From: Podarcis vaucheri
Taxonomy: Eukaryota
Assembly: GCA_965113315.1 (NCBI GenBank)
Contig: OZ220365.1
Length of the DNA: 64,000 bases
Direction: 5' to 3' (one strand)
The position numbers and the translations under genes are program-made. Positions 11,151 to 25,353 of this stretch are shown one piece after another. Each line of letters starts with the position of its first letter. The first letter of the stretch is position 1. Under the pieces are notes generated by a model, which saw only the letters and a list, made by a program, of their open reading frames with translations, did no database searches and was not told the origin of the DNA.

Positions 11151-14100
11151 TAACTATAAATACAAGCATGCAAGTTTAGAGTAACAGGGATTAATACATT
11201 ATTTCAGTGTACATGCTCAAAACACTTCTGTTTGATAGCATCCAGATGGCATCAACTTGACTATGCTTCTTGTTACTGATTTTCAGATATTTATAATTAC
11301 TATACTTCCCAACACAGTGAAGTATCCTGATCTGAAGGAATGCATGGGGGCAGGGGCTGCATCTCTGAAGCCCTTCAGAAAGATATACCGTAAATACCAC
11401 TGCAGGAGGCACTGAAACCAGCTCCCGCAGGGATCTTCTTACATTTTTAAAGAAACGTCAAGGCTGTGAGTTACTCAGCACTTGCGTAGAATTGCAGGAA
11501 AGCTCTAGAATCTAGCTTACCTAACATTCTAACCTAAGGATTCTTTTAAAAAAAGAGAATCTCCCCAAGGCCAGTTTTTGTTGCTTATGGTTGCAAAGAT
11601 GCATTTGAAAGTGTAGATAAATCTTGGCTAAGCAGCAGAAGCCAAAAGGATCATTGGAGGTGATTCTCGGGAGTTGGGTGCTGAGTCTTCAATGCCTTGC
11701 AAAGCTTCTTTCCACCATTTGCCTCAAGTGACTAGCGGAAGCAGAATAAACAATTCTGCAAAATATAAGAGATCATACAGACTTGTGTAATTTATACAGG
11801 TTTGTGGAATTCATCACCTCGGCATGTAATTTAGATTCTCCACCTCCTGCTCCTGCAGTGTAACATACTAACTATATCCTGACAAAGATATGAGAGACCC
11901 AACTAGTTTAAAATGCAGTGTGGATGAGCTTCCTGCACCTGTACACAAACGGGGAAACAAACCAGAAAGCTGTAGATAATTGTAGATTCCCATTATGTGC
12001 AAACCTTAATGGCTTCAAAGCAAGCCAGGATTTGGTGGCTGGCAGAACTCCAGTTGTCTGGGGTGGTTAGCAGTTGCTCATAACCAATGGCACTCAAAAG
12101 GAAGGGAGCACCTGCATAGACACTATTGAAGTTGCACGTGTAGCTAGCCAAGTTGCTCACTGGTTTGCTGTACGGTTCCTGAGAGCTTGTCACTGAGCCA
12201 ACAGTCTAGTTTAGCTTCTTTTGTGCCTGTTAAAAGTGTTCAGAGGTGGAGGTCCATGGAGCATAGGGATTATATACTTGGATGGTGAAAGTAAGGGCCT
12301 CATGGCACAAAACAAGCCAATTGAATGGACTTCAAAAGACAAAAAGAATTGCAGGTAGTGGAATAAGTACTTATTGAAAGAGATCTCCATGTCTCAACCA
12401 TCTTAGGAAGTTGACTGCTGTACTTTGAACAGCCAAACCTTCCAGACAAAAGACAACCACATTGCACCAAATGCTAGAGTGGCCTTTGAGATGCCCACAT
12501 ACCAGGGTGGTATTCTGAGTACGGCAGTGAATCCAGGGCTACCAGGAGACTGCATTCAGGTATTCATGAAATAGTGTTTGCCACGAAGAACAGATTAGAA
12601 TAGAAGAATAAATTAGAATAGAAGAATAGTCCATAATTCTCTGTTTCTTGAGGTTATAGGATCTCCTGGCAGCTATTTTTTCTGCTTTATACTAGCTAGT
12701 GAAGAGTACAATCTTTTCCCAATGCCACAACTGACCAGTGCTTATGTGTGCCAGTTGTTATTCATGCTTTCTGTTCTTGTGCATGAGGCTATTCCAGAAA
12801 ATTTCTCAAGTGTCCAGGCACATCTTCGCACAGACCTATCAAAGTGTGTGGCTTCTGTCTACTAGCCATGATGGCTTTGCTCTGCCACCACACCCGGAGG
12901 CAGCAATGCTTCTGAATACTGGTTTCTGGAAACCACAGGAAGAGAGAGAGCACTTATGTGTGAATCATGCTTGCTGGTTTCCCACCAGTATTTAGTGGGT
13001 CAGTATGTGAACAGGATGATGGGACTAGTTAGGCCATTGGCCTGTCCCAGCCAGGCTCTTATGTTCTTAGATGTTCTTCTGACTTACACTTAGTACAGGC
13101 AACCCCCAATTTGCACGGGGATTGCATTCCAAGTCATCACACGTGATGGTGGAGAGCTCATAAGCCTGTGCTACCCTCTTCCGCCCCCTTTTCCAGCCAC
13201 TTTTGTGTCACCTCAAAGCGTGCGCGAAAATTGATCATTGTCTTTAGTAGAAGACAGCTCTGTTCTTGAGAGCTTTTTCTGGGGTGGAGGGGGAGATCAC
13301 AATCTTCTTCTCTTTTAAACTGGTTTTCTTTGCTTATTTTCTCTTATAGTCTCCCCTTATAAAAACATGGCTAAAGCTATTTTTTGGGGGTGCTTCTATC
13401 TGGCACTAGTAAGAAAAACACTCACTCTTTTTTCACAGCTTTGATTGCTTTTTAGGTTTATTGACTCTGAAATTTCCAAACATAGCAAGTTGAGCCTTTT
13501 TGAGATAGTGGCGTCAGTTGGATATTAGATAAGAATTTCATATATGTTCTCTCAAAACTAGTCATTCATGCAGCAGGGACTGGCGATAGGAAGGCAGTGG
13601 AACAAGAAGGGGATTTGTCTTAAACTTGATGTGGGGGTAAACTTTGGATGCACATTTGACATCACTTGATTCAACCTCTCTCAAAATGATAGCTGTGCCA
13701 TACTGTGCTTGTACAACTATAGACTTGGATTTGGGGAATTAGCTTTACTGTAATTTAAACGTCTAAAACCATTAGATATTGTGCAAAAATCTTCAGTGAA
13801 CTTGACCAGACCCTCCTCGTAGGCTTACCATCTGATCAGAGACTAGACATATAAAGTTATGTTTTAATTGTTTTGATTTTTGTAAAGGAATTTGTTGCAA
13901 CTTTATTCTATATTTCATTTTAAAGTGCATGTGGTTTGGTTTGGTTTTGTTTTGTTAGGCACTTAGAGAACTCCTGTTATAGAGCAGCTGTATAAATGCA
14001 GAGGCAGTAATTAAGTAAGCAATCAAGTGAAACTTTGGAGCAAAGGGAAGGAAGGTAAATGAGGAAGAGTCAATGCGGAGGGGGAAGTGAAAAGATTTCT

Positions 14101-15136
14101 TAAATGTAAGAAATGGAGGAAGAGAATTGGGTAGCATAATGGTATAAAAAGATTCCAAGGCTATTGAAACCATTTATATACCACTTAACTACAGTTGTTC
14201 TCTAAACTGCATTATTCTTCCGTGTCTAATCAAAGATCTGCCTAACTCGACATTCTGCCTTCAGCATTCAGTTGGTCCATTACTCTGTGGAAGCCTATCT
14301 CAACAAATGGTAATTGGAAGCATACTACCATTTAGGTTCCATTTTCAAGCTATTATAATCAGTATCTATCCTTGATTGATTCAGTCCTTCTTGAAAAGCC
14401 GCCTTTGCCGGTGCCATCATAACGTTCTGTGGTGCTTAACTCTGCAAGTTCATAAGGTGAAGTGCTTTCTTTGAATGAAAGGTATTGTCAAAGGCCTATT
14501 TCATCAAGTGTGTGGGCCACTTCACGTGTTTGATGAAGTAGGGTGTAACTTACGAAAATTCATACTGCAATGAATTGGTTGTTTCTGCCTTAACAAATTA
14601 CATATTCTGCTGTTCTGGAATTAATAGGGAACATCCTATTATTCTGGTTATTTTGGTAGACCCTGTGTAGTTTTTCTAGTTCTAGAATACCTTTTCTGTG
14701 ATGCAGCTGCATATAGTATTTCAAATATGGGTGCATCATATTTCACATAGAAGTGTCATTAAAGTTTTTTGCTGTTTTATATTCAGTATCTTTCCTAATA
14801 GTTTCTGACATTGGCTTTGACTCCTCGCACCTCCATTGCAGCATTCTGAACTGGCATCTTTTGGGAGACATGCTATGGCGCCCAAATATTCTGTGTAGCT
14901 TTAGTAGGGGCACTTTTCAGGGATTCCCCAATTTCAGACCACGTGTGGTTTTTTCCTCAGTAATAATATTAGGCTGAAAAAATTAAGTAACTTCCACAAA
15001 TGCTGTTAAAATATATCCTTTTGTTTTAGTAGTTTGATCTTGAACATACTAAAGAGTGAGTTTGAATCCTAACTATGAATCTTGCTTCCCCACTGCCAAA
15101 ACACCCAAAATTGCATGTCTGAGCTTCAGCCAAGTA

Positions 15137-15366
15137 ACTAGGTACCGGTGCAGCGGGAAGGTAAATGGTGTTTTCATGCACTCTGGCACTCGTCACAGTG
15201 TCCTGTTGCATCAGAAGCGGTTTAGTCATGCTGGCCACATGACCCAGAAAAGCTGTCTGCGGACAAATGCTGGCTCCCTTGGCCTGAAGTGAGATGAGTG
15301 TTGCACCCCATAGTCAAGTTTGACTGGACTTAACCATCCAGGGGTCTTTTACCTTTTTACCTTTTA
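15137..15366 (+). mobile_element. Sauria (Squam1) SINE, 3' half
   Basis: Matches the 3' half of 28918-29280; ends in an ACCTTT-type tail. Confidence 0.8.
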
Positions 15367-15744
15367 CATGAGTCACATCCACCATTTTGTCGTTCGAGTT
15401 GGGATACAGCCTTTTGGAGATCCTTTGTTGTGTAGGATTTAACTCCCTGAATATGTGGGTGTCAGTCTGCAAGTCTAGCTGCCCCTTTATCCATCCCTAC
15501 ACATATTGCTTATGTGTGGAATTATAGCATTAGTGAACAGAACCGGTTTTGTTTCTATGTTCCCAGGTAGATTTTGACTGAGGTTGTAGTATTCTGCTTT
15601 GCCACTAGGTGTCAGGGTACGCATATCATTGCCTAATGTGTGTATCAAGGAACTCTAAAGTTAGTGGGTGGAGAAGATGCACATTAAATTATGACATGGG
15701 CAGTGCTGGGTTTTTCTCTCTTTTGCTTTTGTGTGTGCTTTTGT

Positions 15745-15834
15745 CATAGCTGACAATGTTTCAATTTTTTAAAGGGAAATTCTCTTATTCCGAATAGGAT
15801 TCCTCGCAAGAAAAGGGAAAAGTTTACAGCTATG
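15745..15834. mobile_element. 90-bp mini hAT MITE
   Basis: CATAGCTG...CAGCTATG TIRs; perfect 8-bp TSD GCTTTTGT; sibling at 57646-57735. Confidence 0.85.
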
Positions 15835-17449
15835 GCTTTTGTGCTGCGGCAACATTGGAAATTATTTCTGATTCATGGATGTCAAACCACATTTGTAGAA
15901 GCCAATACAGTTGTTTTAGAGATGCTAGCCCAGGGGAGATGGGAACATGCCAAACATTTATACATGTCACAAACTGTATGTTTTCTAGGCACCTAGGTGC
16001 TGTATGAACCCAGTGTTTTTCCAACACGCAAAGCATTAGTACACAAAGTCGTTCATTTGGCTTGTAATCTACTTTCAATCTCTTTTATGTCGGGGAAAGC
16101 TTAGATCAGCATGCTACAATTTAACTGGAGGTTCCAAGATCAGAGACTTTACAGTATAAATTAAGAAACTTCCCTGATTTGTAGAATACATTACAGTGGC
16201 ACATAACGTTATAAACTTCTTGCGGTCAAGTATCACTTTCAGGGAAAGATGCTGTAACTGTTTTCAAGGACATATTGTTAGTTTCAGGTAAAAAACAAAG
16301 AGGTTTCTTCCTTTGCTGAAATGTAGATGAAAATATATTTAACAATGCGGAAAAAATACAGCCTTTCTGTAGTGTATATTGAGTGCAGAGCAGAGCAGCC
16401 TTTTAAACCAAACAACCCAGGAGTTCATTTCTTTCCATGTTAGCTTTCAGAACCTTCTTCTTTTTTAAAAGATAGAAGTTACCTGGCCAGTAATAAGTAA
16501 TAATAAATAACTTCCTTCAGCAACCTGTTTGATAACACAACTGTGAACATATTTTGGGTTTTACTGCATTTTATTATTTGTGCTACAAAACTGCATGCGC
16601 ACGCACGCGCACACACGCGCACACACACACACACACACATATATCTTCTGATTATAACTCTTACTTGGTGTCTCTTTGGAAGGCCAGGTCAGTCTGTGTT
16701 AGACTTCATAATATTTATTTTTTTAAATTTATATATCGCCCTTAATCCAAAGATCTCAGAGTGGTTCACAGAATCTCCTTGTTTTAAATGTCTGAGAGAG
16801 GAGAGCCAAATGACTTTGGTCTCTCTCCTTTGATGGTTGTTTTTTTCCCTCCTGTCTTCCTCAAGATCTTTCCTGAATTTTTCTGGTACGGGTGTGTATT
16901 TTCAGCTTTTCTTTGGGATAAACAGAACCTGTTTCTTCAGTCTTGCCTCATGTGTATGGTGTTTATAAACCTTTAGTCATCTCTGCTTTCTTCATAAACT
17001 TCTCCAGTTTCTCTGCATTCTTCTTAAAATCTAAAAGAAAACAAATCTTCAGCTGCCACCTGGTTCATGCCCAGTAGGTGTGTTGTTCAGTAGCTTTGTG
17101 TCACTGAAAGCTTAGAAATAGTTTTTGTGCAAGCAACTCCAGTGTTCAGAGAGGAAGCCAACTGTGTCCTTTGCCAATGGCCAAAGGAACAAGGATGATT
17201 GCCCCCCCCCTCTTCCATGGCCCTTATCATTGACCAAAGAAGGAATATCTAAAGAAAATATACCTTCCTGTTCCCTTCTTGCCAGCCAGAACTGTGTCTG
17301 CTGCAACTGATGGTTGTCTTGGGAGTGCAGAATAAAGTGAAAGGGGACACTGGCCTTTGTCATCAGCTGGGTTTCCAGGTACCTGGCCATCTCTGTTCAG
17401 GCAAGAACAGCGAGGGAATGTCACTGTGCCCCAGCTGAATAGAAATGCC

Positions 17450-18062
17450 AGATTGATTGATTGATTATTGATTGATTGATTGATTGATTGATTATACCCC
17501 ACCAATCTGGCTGGGTTTCCCCAGCCACTCTGGGTGGCTCCCAACAGAAGACTAAAAACAGAATAAAACTTCAAACATTAAAAACTTCCCTAAGCAGGGC
17601 TGCCTTCAGATGTCTTCTAAAAGTCAGATAGTAGTTTATTTCCTTGGCATCTGATGGGAGGGTGTTCCACAGGGCGGGCGCCACTACCGAGAAGGCCCTC
17701 TGCCTGGTTCCCTGTAACCTCACTTCTCGCAGTGAGGGAACCGCCAGAAGGCCCTCGGAGCTGGACATCAGTGTCTGGGCTGAACGATGTGGGTGGAGAC
17801 GCTCCTTCAGGTATACAGGACCGAGGCTGTTTAGGGCTTTAAAGGTCAGCATCAACACTTTGAATTGTGCTCGGAAACATACTGGGAGCCGGTGTCGGAC
17901 CGGTGTTGTATGGTCTCGGCAGCCACTCCCAATCACCAGTCTAGCTGCTGCATTCTGGATTCATTGCAGTTTCCAAGTCACCTTGAAAGGTCGCCCCACG
18001 TATAGCACGTTGCAGTAGTCCAAGCGGGAGATAACCAGAGCATGCACCACTCTGGCGAGACA
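17450..18062 (-). mobile_element. 5'-truncated L2 LINE with (AATC)n tail
   Basis: ORF 17571-17936 matches the L2 ORF2 C-terminus (LPVCFRAQFKVLMLTFKAL...RAFSVVAPALWNTLP); GATT repeats at about 17450-17493. Confidence 0.85.
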
Positions 18063-18579
18063 GTCTACTCACTGCAGCAGCAGCAGCAGCTACTTGCACC
18101 TTTAAAACTTTCTACCTTGTTCTGGCATTGTTTTTGATCTTTTGCCATTCTCTTTCCCCTCCATACCTTTTCCTTTTGTGTGACTTACCTTTTAGTCTGT
18201 AAACCTGAGCATGTGCCTCAGCTTCTTTTTGATTATGAGCTCCTTCGGCAGATGAAAGAGTGGAATAAACATACTGTATAATAAATGGAATTGAAGTGAA
18301 TGTTATAATTTTTAAAGAATCCATTTAAGAAGAGTGTTACGCCACTTGAGAATTCATTCATGCACCAGAAAGCATGGAATTTTTTTGTTAAGACATCAAC
18401 ATCCACACCATGGAAAGGACAAAGTGACGGTTTTGTAATCTTTGGAAGCGGCCCCATTTCAAATTGTGCTGTGTAGCCTTGTGGCACTTACGACAAACTG
18501 GTTAATCATAAAAGGGGCTCACAGCTTATTAACTACTAAAGAAGACACCTTGAGTTTTGTTTTTGTATTTTCAATGTAG

Positions 18580-18689
18580 GTTTGTAAGCGAATGGACTTG
18601 GTCTGCCAGAGAATGCTGAATCAGGGATTTCTGAAAGTGGAAAGATACCACAACTTGTGCCAGAAACAGGTTAAAGCACAGCTCCCAAG
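18580..18689 (+). CDS. FBXO28: FBXO28 coding exon 2
   Basis: T-rich tract and TAG acceptor; VCKRMDLVCQRMLNQGFLKVERYHNLCQKQVKAQLP(R); GTATGT donor; 110 nt, frame-compatible with exons 1 and 3. Confidence 0.96.
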
Positions 18690-19789
18690 GTATGTGCTTA
18701 CCACAAGATCAGAAGTAAAAAAAAATCTGTATTTGCAAGAAGATTATATAAGGAAAGCTGCTTTGCAACCGGTTGTGAAACAAATATTTAAAGTCTGTAT
18801 CCTGCTTGTGCCTGATGGATTTGTGACAGTAGTCAAGGTTCTCCATATAGCATGAAGAATGAGCTACCAGTCCTGTTTGTGCACCTTAGCACTGCAGCAG
18901 AACAATCTGTACCTTGAATGATTTTCTGTTTGGGTTGACTTTTCCCCCTCTGCTTGGCCCTAGGCTCTCATTTTGCTTGAGTGTCACTGCCTGTCTTGCC
19001 TTTGGAGAAGACAGGCGCTATCAGTGATATCCTATAGTAATACTGTAAGTCATCTTTCACCATCCTGGGGACCCTCCAGATGTTTTGAAATATAATTACC
19101 TGACCCTTGGCTGTACTGGCGAAGACTGCTTGGGAGTTGTAGTCAAAACATCTCACGGGCATCGTGTTGCTTACCCCTGCTGTAGGTCAGTGGGATTATA
19201 AATTGCATGGCACACACTGGAATAGGATAGTGAGTTTTGTTTTCATATACCAACTGGCCACTGAAGGGTGTGTGTGTGTGTGTAAATTTTAAAAATAATA
19301 GAGAGCAGGGCTACATATGGGAATTGGAAAGCCCCTGTGTAGAAGACTGTGCCTTCCACATTGCTTTATATCCTGGTTTATGTACAGTACTTAATGCAGG
19401 TTATCATTCTGTATGCTGGTTTTTTGGCTTCTCAGCACTGCCAGAGGTAGAACTGATTTTAAACGGAGGCACTTACAGAGAAATGTTGAAGCGCTAGCTT
19501 CTCAAATGTACAACTTGAGGCCCTTCTATGGAAGCCACAGCCATTTAAGGTCAAGGAAATCACCTCCCAAGTTCAGCATTTCCTGAATGGTAACACCTTC
19601 TATGGTACTCTCTCTCCCCAGGAAAACTCCAGCTCAACTCCCATAGCATTCAAAAAGCTGGTTAAAATCTCTTGTTTTGCAGGGCTCTCAGGTTGGTAAA
19701 CAACTTTGAGTTCTTTACTGTATTATCTCTGTGCTTTATTCTAATACATTATCTTCATATACAGCATCTAGCATTTTTAGTGCATTTGT

Positions 19790-19915
19790 AGTCATGTTGG
19801 CCACATGACCCAGAAGCTGTATGCCGGCTCCCTCGGCCAATAAAGTGAGATGAGTGCCGCAACCCCAGAGTCGGCCACGACTGGACCTAATGGTCAGGTG
19901 TCCCCTATACCTTTA
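19790..19915 (+). mobile_element. Sauria SINE 3' fragment
   Basis: GTCATGTTGGCCACATGACC...ACCCCAGAGTC...ACCTTT, as in the other copies. Confidence 0.7.
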
Positions 19916-20323
19916 AGCTGCCTTGAGGGTCCCATTTGGGATCAGAAAGTTAGAACCGCTGTGGGGAACCTCCAGTCTGTGGGCCTAATTAGGTGTGCCA
20001 AACCTCCCCCTTTGACCTGCAAGGTTATTTTAGCCAAGCCACATCCATCTGCCCTACATGCGACATCACATATTACTGTAAAACATGGCTGAGTTGAACA
20101 TGTCTTTGCAGGCACTCACTGATCAGTTGATTGGCAGCACTCTCAAAGCATTGTGCATGGGGCTTCCCAAGATCAGCTGATCCGTCAGCGCTTTGTGGGC
20201 TGTGCCCTTGCCTGTGCCTTTTGATTTCAAGCCATGTGGGCAAAAATGGGTCTCATAATGTCAGGCGATGTCCCGCCCAACTGCCAAATTTGGCTCAGAG
20301 AGAGAAACAATCAAACCCTAACC

Positions 20324-20758
20324 CATGGGTAGGCAAACTAAGGCCTGTGGGCCGGATCAGACCCAATTGCCTTCTGGATCTGGCCTGCGGATGGTCTGGG
20401 AATCGCTGTGTGGATCGCCAGCGTGCACATTCCCTCCCTTGGCGGCGCCTCCTCCCTCCCTCCTCATGGCTTGTCTCCGCCCTGCCTAGAGGAGGAAGGG
20501 GGCTGGGCTTTGTTGGTGCCAGCAGCAGCAGTGCTTGAGCAGCCATTTTAAGCAGCCCCTCTCCGGAGCACTTTCACGCGCCGCTCATTGTCCCTCCGCC
20601 GCTGCCAGCCCCTGCAGCTTGCAAAACACAGGTAAGCAGCCATCGGGGCTCATGGTGCTCTTGCATCATCCCCCCCCCAAAAAAAATATAGTCTGGCCCC
20701 CCACAAGGTCTGAGGGACAGTGGACTGGCCCCCTGCTGAAAACGTTTCCTGACCTCTG
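20324..20758. mobile_element. hAT non-autonomous element
   Basis: Ends CATGGGTAGGCAAACT...TTTCCTGACCTCTG; perfect 8-bp TSD CCCTAACC; ends shared with 33028-33278 and 41932-42184. Confidence 0.85.
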
Positions 20759-21472
20759 CCCTAACCCATCCCTGGGCTATAACAGAGGTCTGACATCGGA
20801 GGCTGGAGGGACATTGCTGCTGCCGTGAGTGCTGCAAGGTCCATTTCCACATGGCAAAGGGGACGGAGCCCAGACTCACCCTGAAGAGTTAAAAGAAGCT
20901 CCTGGGAGTCTGGGGCTGCCCACTAGTCCAGGTGGAAATGGGCCTTGCAGCAGAGGGAGTGTGTGGAAAAAAGAGAGGGATATTACTGTTCAATTAAATT
21001 AGCAACAGCTTCTGGTATCTTCGCATTAGGTGCTGAACTGGTAGCATAAGCAATGTCACCTGTATCCAGTTCTTATGCTATAGTGTGAAATATCAAACTG
21101 CTGTTGGAATTCTTCTTGGACTCATGCAAGTGTGGCAATGGTGGTGAGCAAAGGAGGGCTATGAGCGATGTTCTAGCAATGCATTTTCCTCATGTAATTA
21201 TTTTTAAAGTAATCCATCTACTTTTCAAGGAAACTCAAGGCTCTTTAGTTTCACCCGTGTCTGAAAATTACTTGGAAAATAATACGATAATTGTTGGATC
21301 TATATAAAAGCAGATTGAGTCATAAACATTATTATTTTGAACTAGAATGGAAAAAAATGGAACGGCTTCTTAAAGCACACATCATTTTTGGTGTCAGAAT
21401 CTTGTGAACTTCCAGACACCTGTCCTGCAGATCTCTGCAGTGTTTCTCACTGTCTTGGATGTGTCTTTGTAG

Positions 21473-21611
21473 ACGGGAATCGGAACGGAGAAATCACTCG
21501 CTAGCTCGCCATGCAGACATTCTTGCTGCTGTAGAAACAAGGCTGTCCCTGCTAAATATGACCTTCATGAAGTATGTGGATTCTAACCTCTGCTGCTTTA
21601 TACCTGGGAAG
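21473..21611 (+). CDS. FBXO28: FBXO28 coding exon 3
   Basis: TTTGTAG acceptor; RESERRNHSLARHADILAAVETRLSLLNMTFMKYVDSNLCCFIPGK; GTAAAG donor; 139 nt. Confidence 0.96.
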
Positions 21612-21975
21612 GTAAAGTCCAAAAGATGGCTGCATTTAAAGTGTGATGGAATAAGTCATTAGGGCTAAACTATGTTTTGATGAGCCACTGATGGAAGTTC
21701 AGAACCTTCTGTAGGCTTATCTCAGATGGTTCTTATCTAAATACTGTTCCTTTGTTAATAACAGATTGGCTTAACAACTTATTAGGGCTTTGATCATATG
21801 GTATGTAAATGTACTAGCTGAAACCATTTATAAAACATTGATTAAAACGTGAATTGCATTGCTTGTGAATAAAACGGTAAACGACTCATAAGTTGTTCTC
21901 AAGATAATTGCAAGTACCTTTCAATTACTTTTAAAATAATTTTAAGTCACTGTAGAAAATAGACATTATTAAAGG

Positions 21976-21979
<4 letters not shown>

Positions 21980-22027
<48 letters not shown>

Positions 22028-22391
22028 TTATTATTTATACCCCGTCCTCCCCAGCCAAGGCCGGGCTCAGAGCGGCTTACAAGCAATAATAAAAACAAGT
22101 TGAATGATTACAACTTAAAAACAAAATTAAAATACAATATTAAAATATTAAAATTTAGCCTCATCGCAGAAGGAGAAGGAAAGGAAAAAAGAAAGGGAGG
22201 GAGGGAATCAAATTGGCTCCAAGCCAAAGGCCAGGCAGAACAACTCTGTCTTACAGGCCCTGTGGAAAGAAATCAGATCCTGCAAGGCCCTGGTCTCATG
22301 AGGCAGAGCGTTCCACCAGGCCGGAGCCAGAGTTGAAAAGGCCCTGGCTCTGGTTGAAGCCAATCTAACTTCCTTAGGGCCCAAGACCACC
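21980..22391 (-). mobile_element. 5'-truncated L2 LINE with (TTA)n tail, same family as 52441-54010
   Basis: ORF 22208-22393 nearly identical to the C-terminus of ORF 52632-53633; (TAA)n at 21980-22026. Confidence 0.88.
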
Positions 22392-22449
22392 ATATGCTGC
22401 TCTTAGCTTTTGCCAGTCGCCATGTCTCAACTTTTCTCATTTGTTTTAG

Positions 22450-22645
22450 GTAATTGATGAAATTTATCGTGTGTTAAGGTATGTAAACTCTACCAAAGCT
22501 CCTCAGAGAGCCCATGAAGTCCTTCAGGAGTTAAGGGACATTTCATCGATGGCAATGGAATATTTTGATGAGAAGATTGTTCCAATTCTAAAAAGAAAAT
22601 TGCCTGGATCAGATGTATCAGGACGGCTTATAGCGGCAGCTCCAG
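22450..22645 (+). CDS. FBXO28: FBXO28 coding exon 4
   Basis: TTGTTTTAG acceptor; VIDEIYRVLRYVNSTKAPQRAHEVLQELRDISSMAMEYFDEKIVPILKRKLPGSDVSGRLIAAAP; GTACC donor; 196 nt. Confidence 0.95.
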
Positions 22646-23856
22646 GTACCTCATGTATTCTCTGAGTACATTATGCAGATAGTGGGAAGCTATAGTACTT
22701 CCACTTCCTTGTGACAGAAGTGGGCGCAGTGTGTGTGTGTGGGGGGGAGATCTCCACCTATGCTCCCTTGTTATCATTAAAAAAGTGTGTTCCATTACTA
22801 TATTAAAACAGAACATAACGTTTTAAAATAGAAACTATTTGAAGGATCCAGAGAAAAAGTGAGAAGCATTCTGCTAGTGGAAAGTGTGCTTCCAGCTCCT
22901 GTGCATGGAAGGGGGAAGGATGATAATTTTCCCCACCCCAACTCTATATTCCCCACAAATCTGCTCTGCTTCCTTTGGAATAGGGTGGGAAGTGATTTGC
23001 AGCAGCTGCAAGGGAGCAAAGGTGGAGATCTGCCCCCCCCCCACTGTGCCCACCTCTGTTCCTAGGACTCTTCACAGGATTGAAGGCCCTTCTGTGAACA
23101 GAGGTGTCCTTTGGATCCAATCCAATGGCTTCTAAAAGGAAGAACCTTCATTCTTTGGTTATCTTGCTTATATTCATGTCTTTTGTACTACTGAAAGTAA
23201 CTTCATATTGTTGTATGCACGGCTGGAAGCACCAGATTGGTTCTGCCAGTGAGCCTGCACCACTGTATCCTCACTGCCATCATGCTTCATCCCCATTCCA
23301 TCCCAGTAAGTGTGTTTATATGTGTTGGAAGCTGCCCAGAGTGGCTGGGGCAACCCAGCCAGATGGGATGGGTTATGATGATGATAATGATGATGATGAT
23401 ATATTATGTTTATTTTTATTATTGTTGCCTAATTTTTCCTTAACACTGCATTAGGAAAAGCAGCACCATGACCTAAATTATGATGGTAATTTACACTTTT
23501 TGATTTACACTTTTTGATTTGGTGGGTGGAGCACAGCTTTCCTGCTCTCCCTTAATGATAGGTTGATACTACAGTGGGAAATTAAATTACTTTCTAGAAG
23601 CCACAGAATCCTGTCCTGGTGTGATTGTATGAGTAGGCAGTAGGTGGTACCGGTAATTATTTCTTGTGTGCTAATTTTTTTCCTTAAAGCAAAAACTCGA
23701 GTGCAGTGTAATGTCTTGTCAAGCTCTGTTTTTTGCTACTTTATTATCTGGAATTCCAGCTTTGCAATAGAGGCCTTTAGCTCTCATCCTCTTTAGGTTT
23801 GGATTTGGGGTTGATAATAGAATCGTAATTACTGAAAAATGTAAAATTAATATACA

Positions 23857-23986
23857 CAGTGTTTTTTCTGGGGGTGCTCAAGAGTATGCAGTACTGGTGC
23901 ACCTCCCTCCCCCATTAAAAGTGTGGCACTTACTGTAACAACTTCATGGTTGAGTACCAGCACTTTTTTTTCTATAAAAAGCACTG
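23857..23986. mobile_element. hAT MITE
   Basis: CAGTGTTTTTT...AAAAAGCACTG TIRs; TSD AATATACA/AATATGCA. Confidence 0.75.
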
Positions 23987-24841
23987 AATATGCAATACAA
24001 TAGCTTTCCCCAGTATATAGTAGCAACAGAACATAATACAAACAGAATAACTGATAATATAGAACTCTTCTAACAATACATCAATAATTAAAATAGAAAA
24101 ATGTACAGTAGTGTAAATTAATAACAAACTTTTTTTTTAACCCCCACGATTCTTACCAAACTAGAGCTGTTAAAATTCTTTAAAGTCTTAGGATAGCCTC
24201 ACTCACTCTGTACCTGTTCAAAGTCCCCTTTTAATAACCAAATCACACATATTTTTTCACGTAAAATGCCAAGAGATTTTTAGCTATCAAAATAGATACT
24301 GAATATAAATCAACTTGGCTTTGCTTCCTCTATATCCTTCCTTCCTTCTGTTCTATATACGATATGCTTCCTACAGTCTTCTATTTTGTATACAACTTTG
24401 GCCAGTAAAACCAAACTTGAATCCTAAAACAAAGCAGTGTTTACTTTTTGCCCAAATAATTCACTCTTTATACTTAAAGTCAACCTTTAGAGGGCAGCAG
24501 CCGTATCTCACTTTCCAGCACTAAATTTTACTTTGCTTATAGGGAGGTCTGGAAGCATGAGGTTAGTTCTTTAGAATGTTATTCATGTACTTTACTGGAA
24601 ACAGTTACTTCAAGGCTTGGGTAACATTCAATGACATAACAACCATATTGCTGGGGGCTGATATGTGGGTCCTGATTACTGAAGTGACTGTTTCCCATGA
24701 ATGCTGATTTCATAAGAGAGACCCATGCAACCAACATCTGTTAACACGGCTTTTTTGTTTACCACGAGGAGCTCCTGAAATAGTTGGGCTAAAATGTAAA
24801 AGGCCTCCAACATACCTGGAGTAATATTTAAGGGCAGAATA

Positions 24842-25070
24842 CAGTGGTACCTCGGGTTACATACATTTCAGGTTACAGACTCTGCTAACCCAGAAATAGT
24901 ACCTTGGGTTAAGAACTTTGCTTCAGGATGAGAACAGAAATCATGCTCCAGCGGCACGGCGGCAGCAGCGGGAGGCCCCATTAGCTAAAGTTGTGCTTCA
25001 GGATAAGAACAGTTTCAGGTTAAGAACGGACCTCCGGAATGAATTAAGTATTTAACCCGAGGTACCACTG
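24842..25070. mobile_element. Tc1/mariner/pogo MITE (CAGTGGTACCTCGGGTTA family)
   Basis: TIRs and TA TSD; siblings at 44349-44566 and 54805-55315. Confidence 0.88.
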
Positions 25071-25353
25071 TATACAGTTGGTAACATAACGTTGAAACAA
25101 TATTTAAGGGGTGTGCTCACTTGAAGGGCAACCTATTCTGCTTGCTGCAACCCAGAGTAGGAGTGTCTCTAAACAGCACTTTCCTCTTTACCTGTTAAGC
25201 AGGAATGTAAAAATCTGTGAATATGCTCAAGTCTTGCACATGCATTAAATTTTGTTTCTATGCTGGGGAATAGTTATAGATTTGCTTGTTCACATTCACT
25301 TTGCAAACCTTGATGCTCTGTTTTGAAGACATAAGACTGAGTGCAAGTCAATA

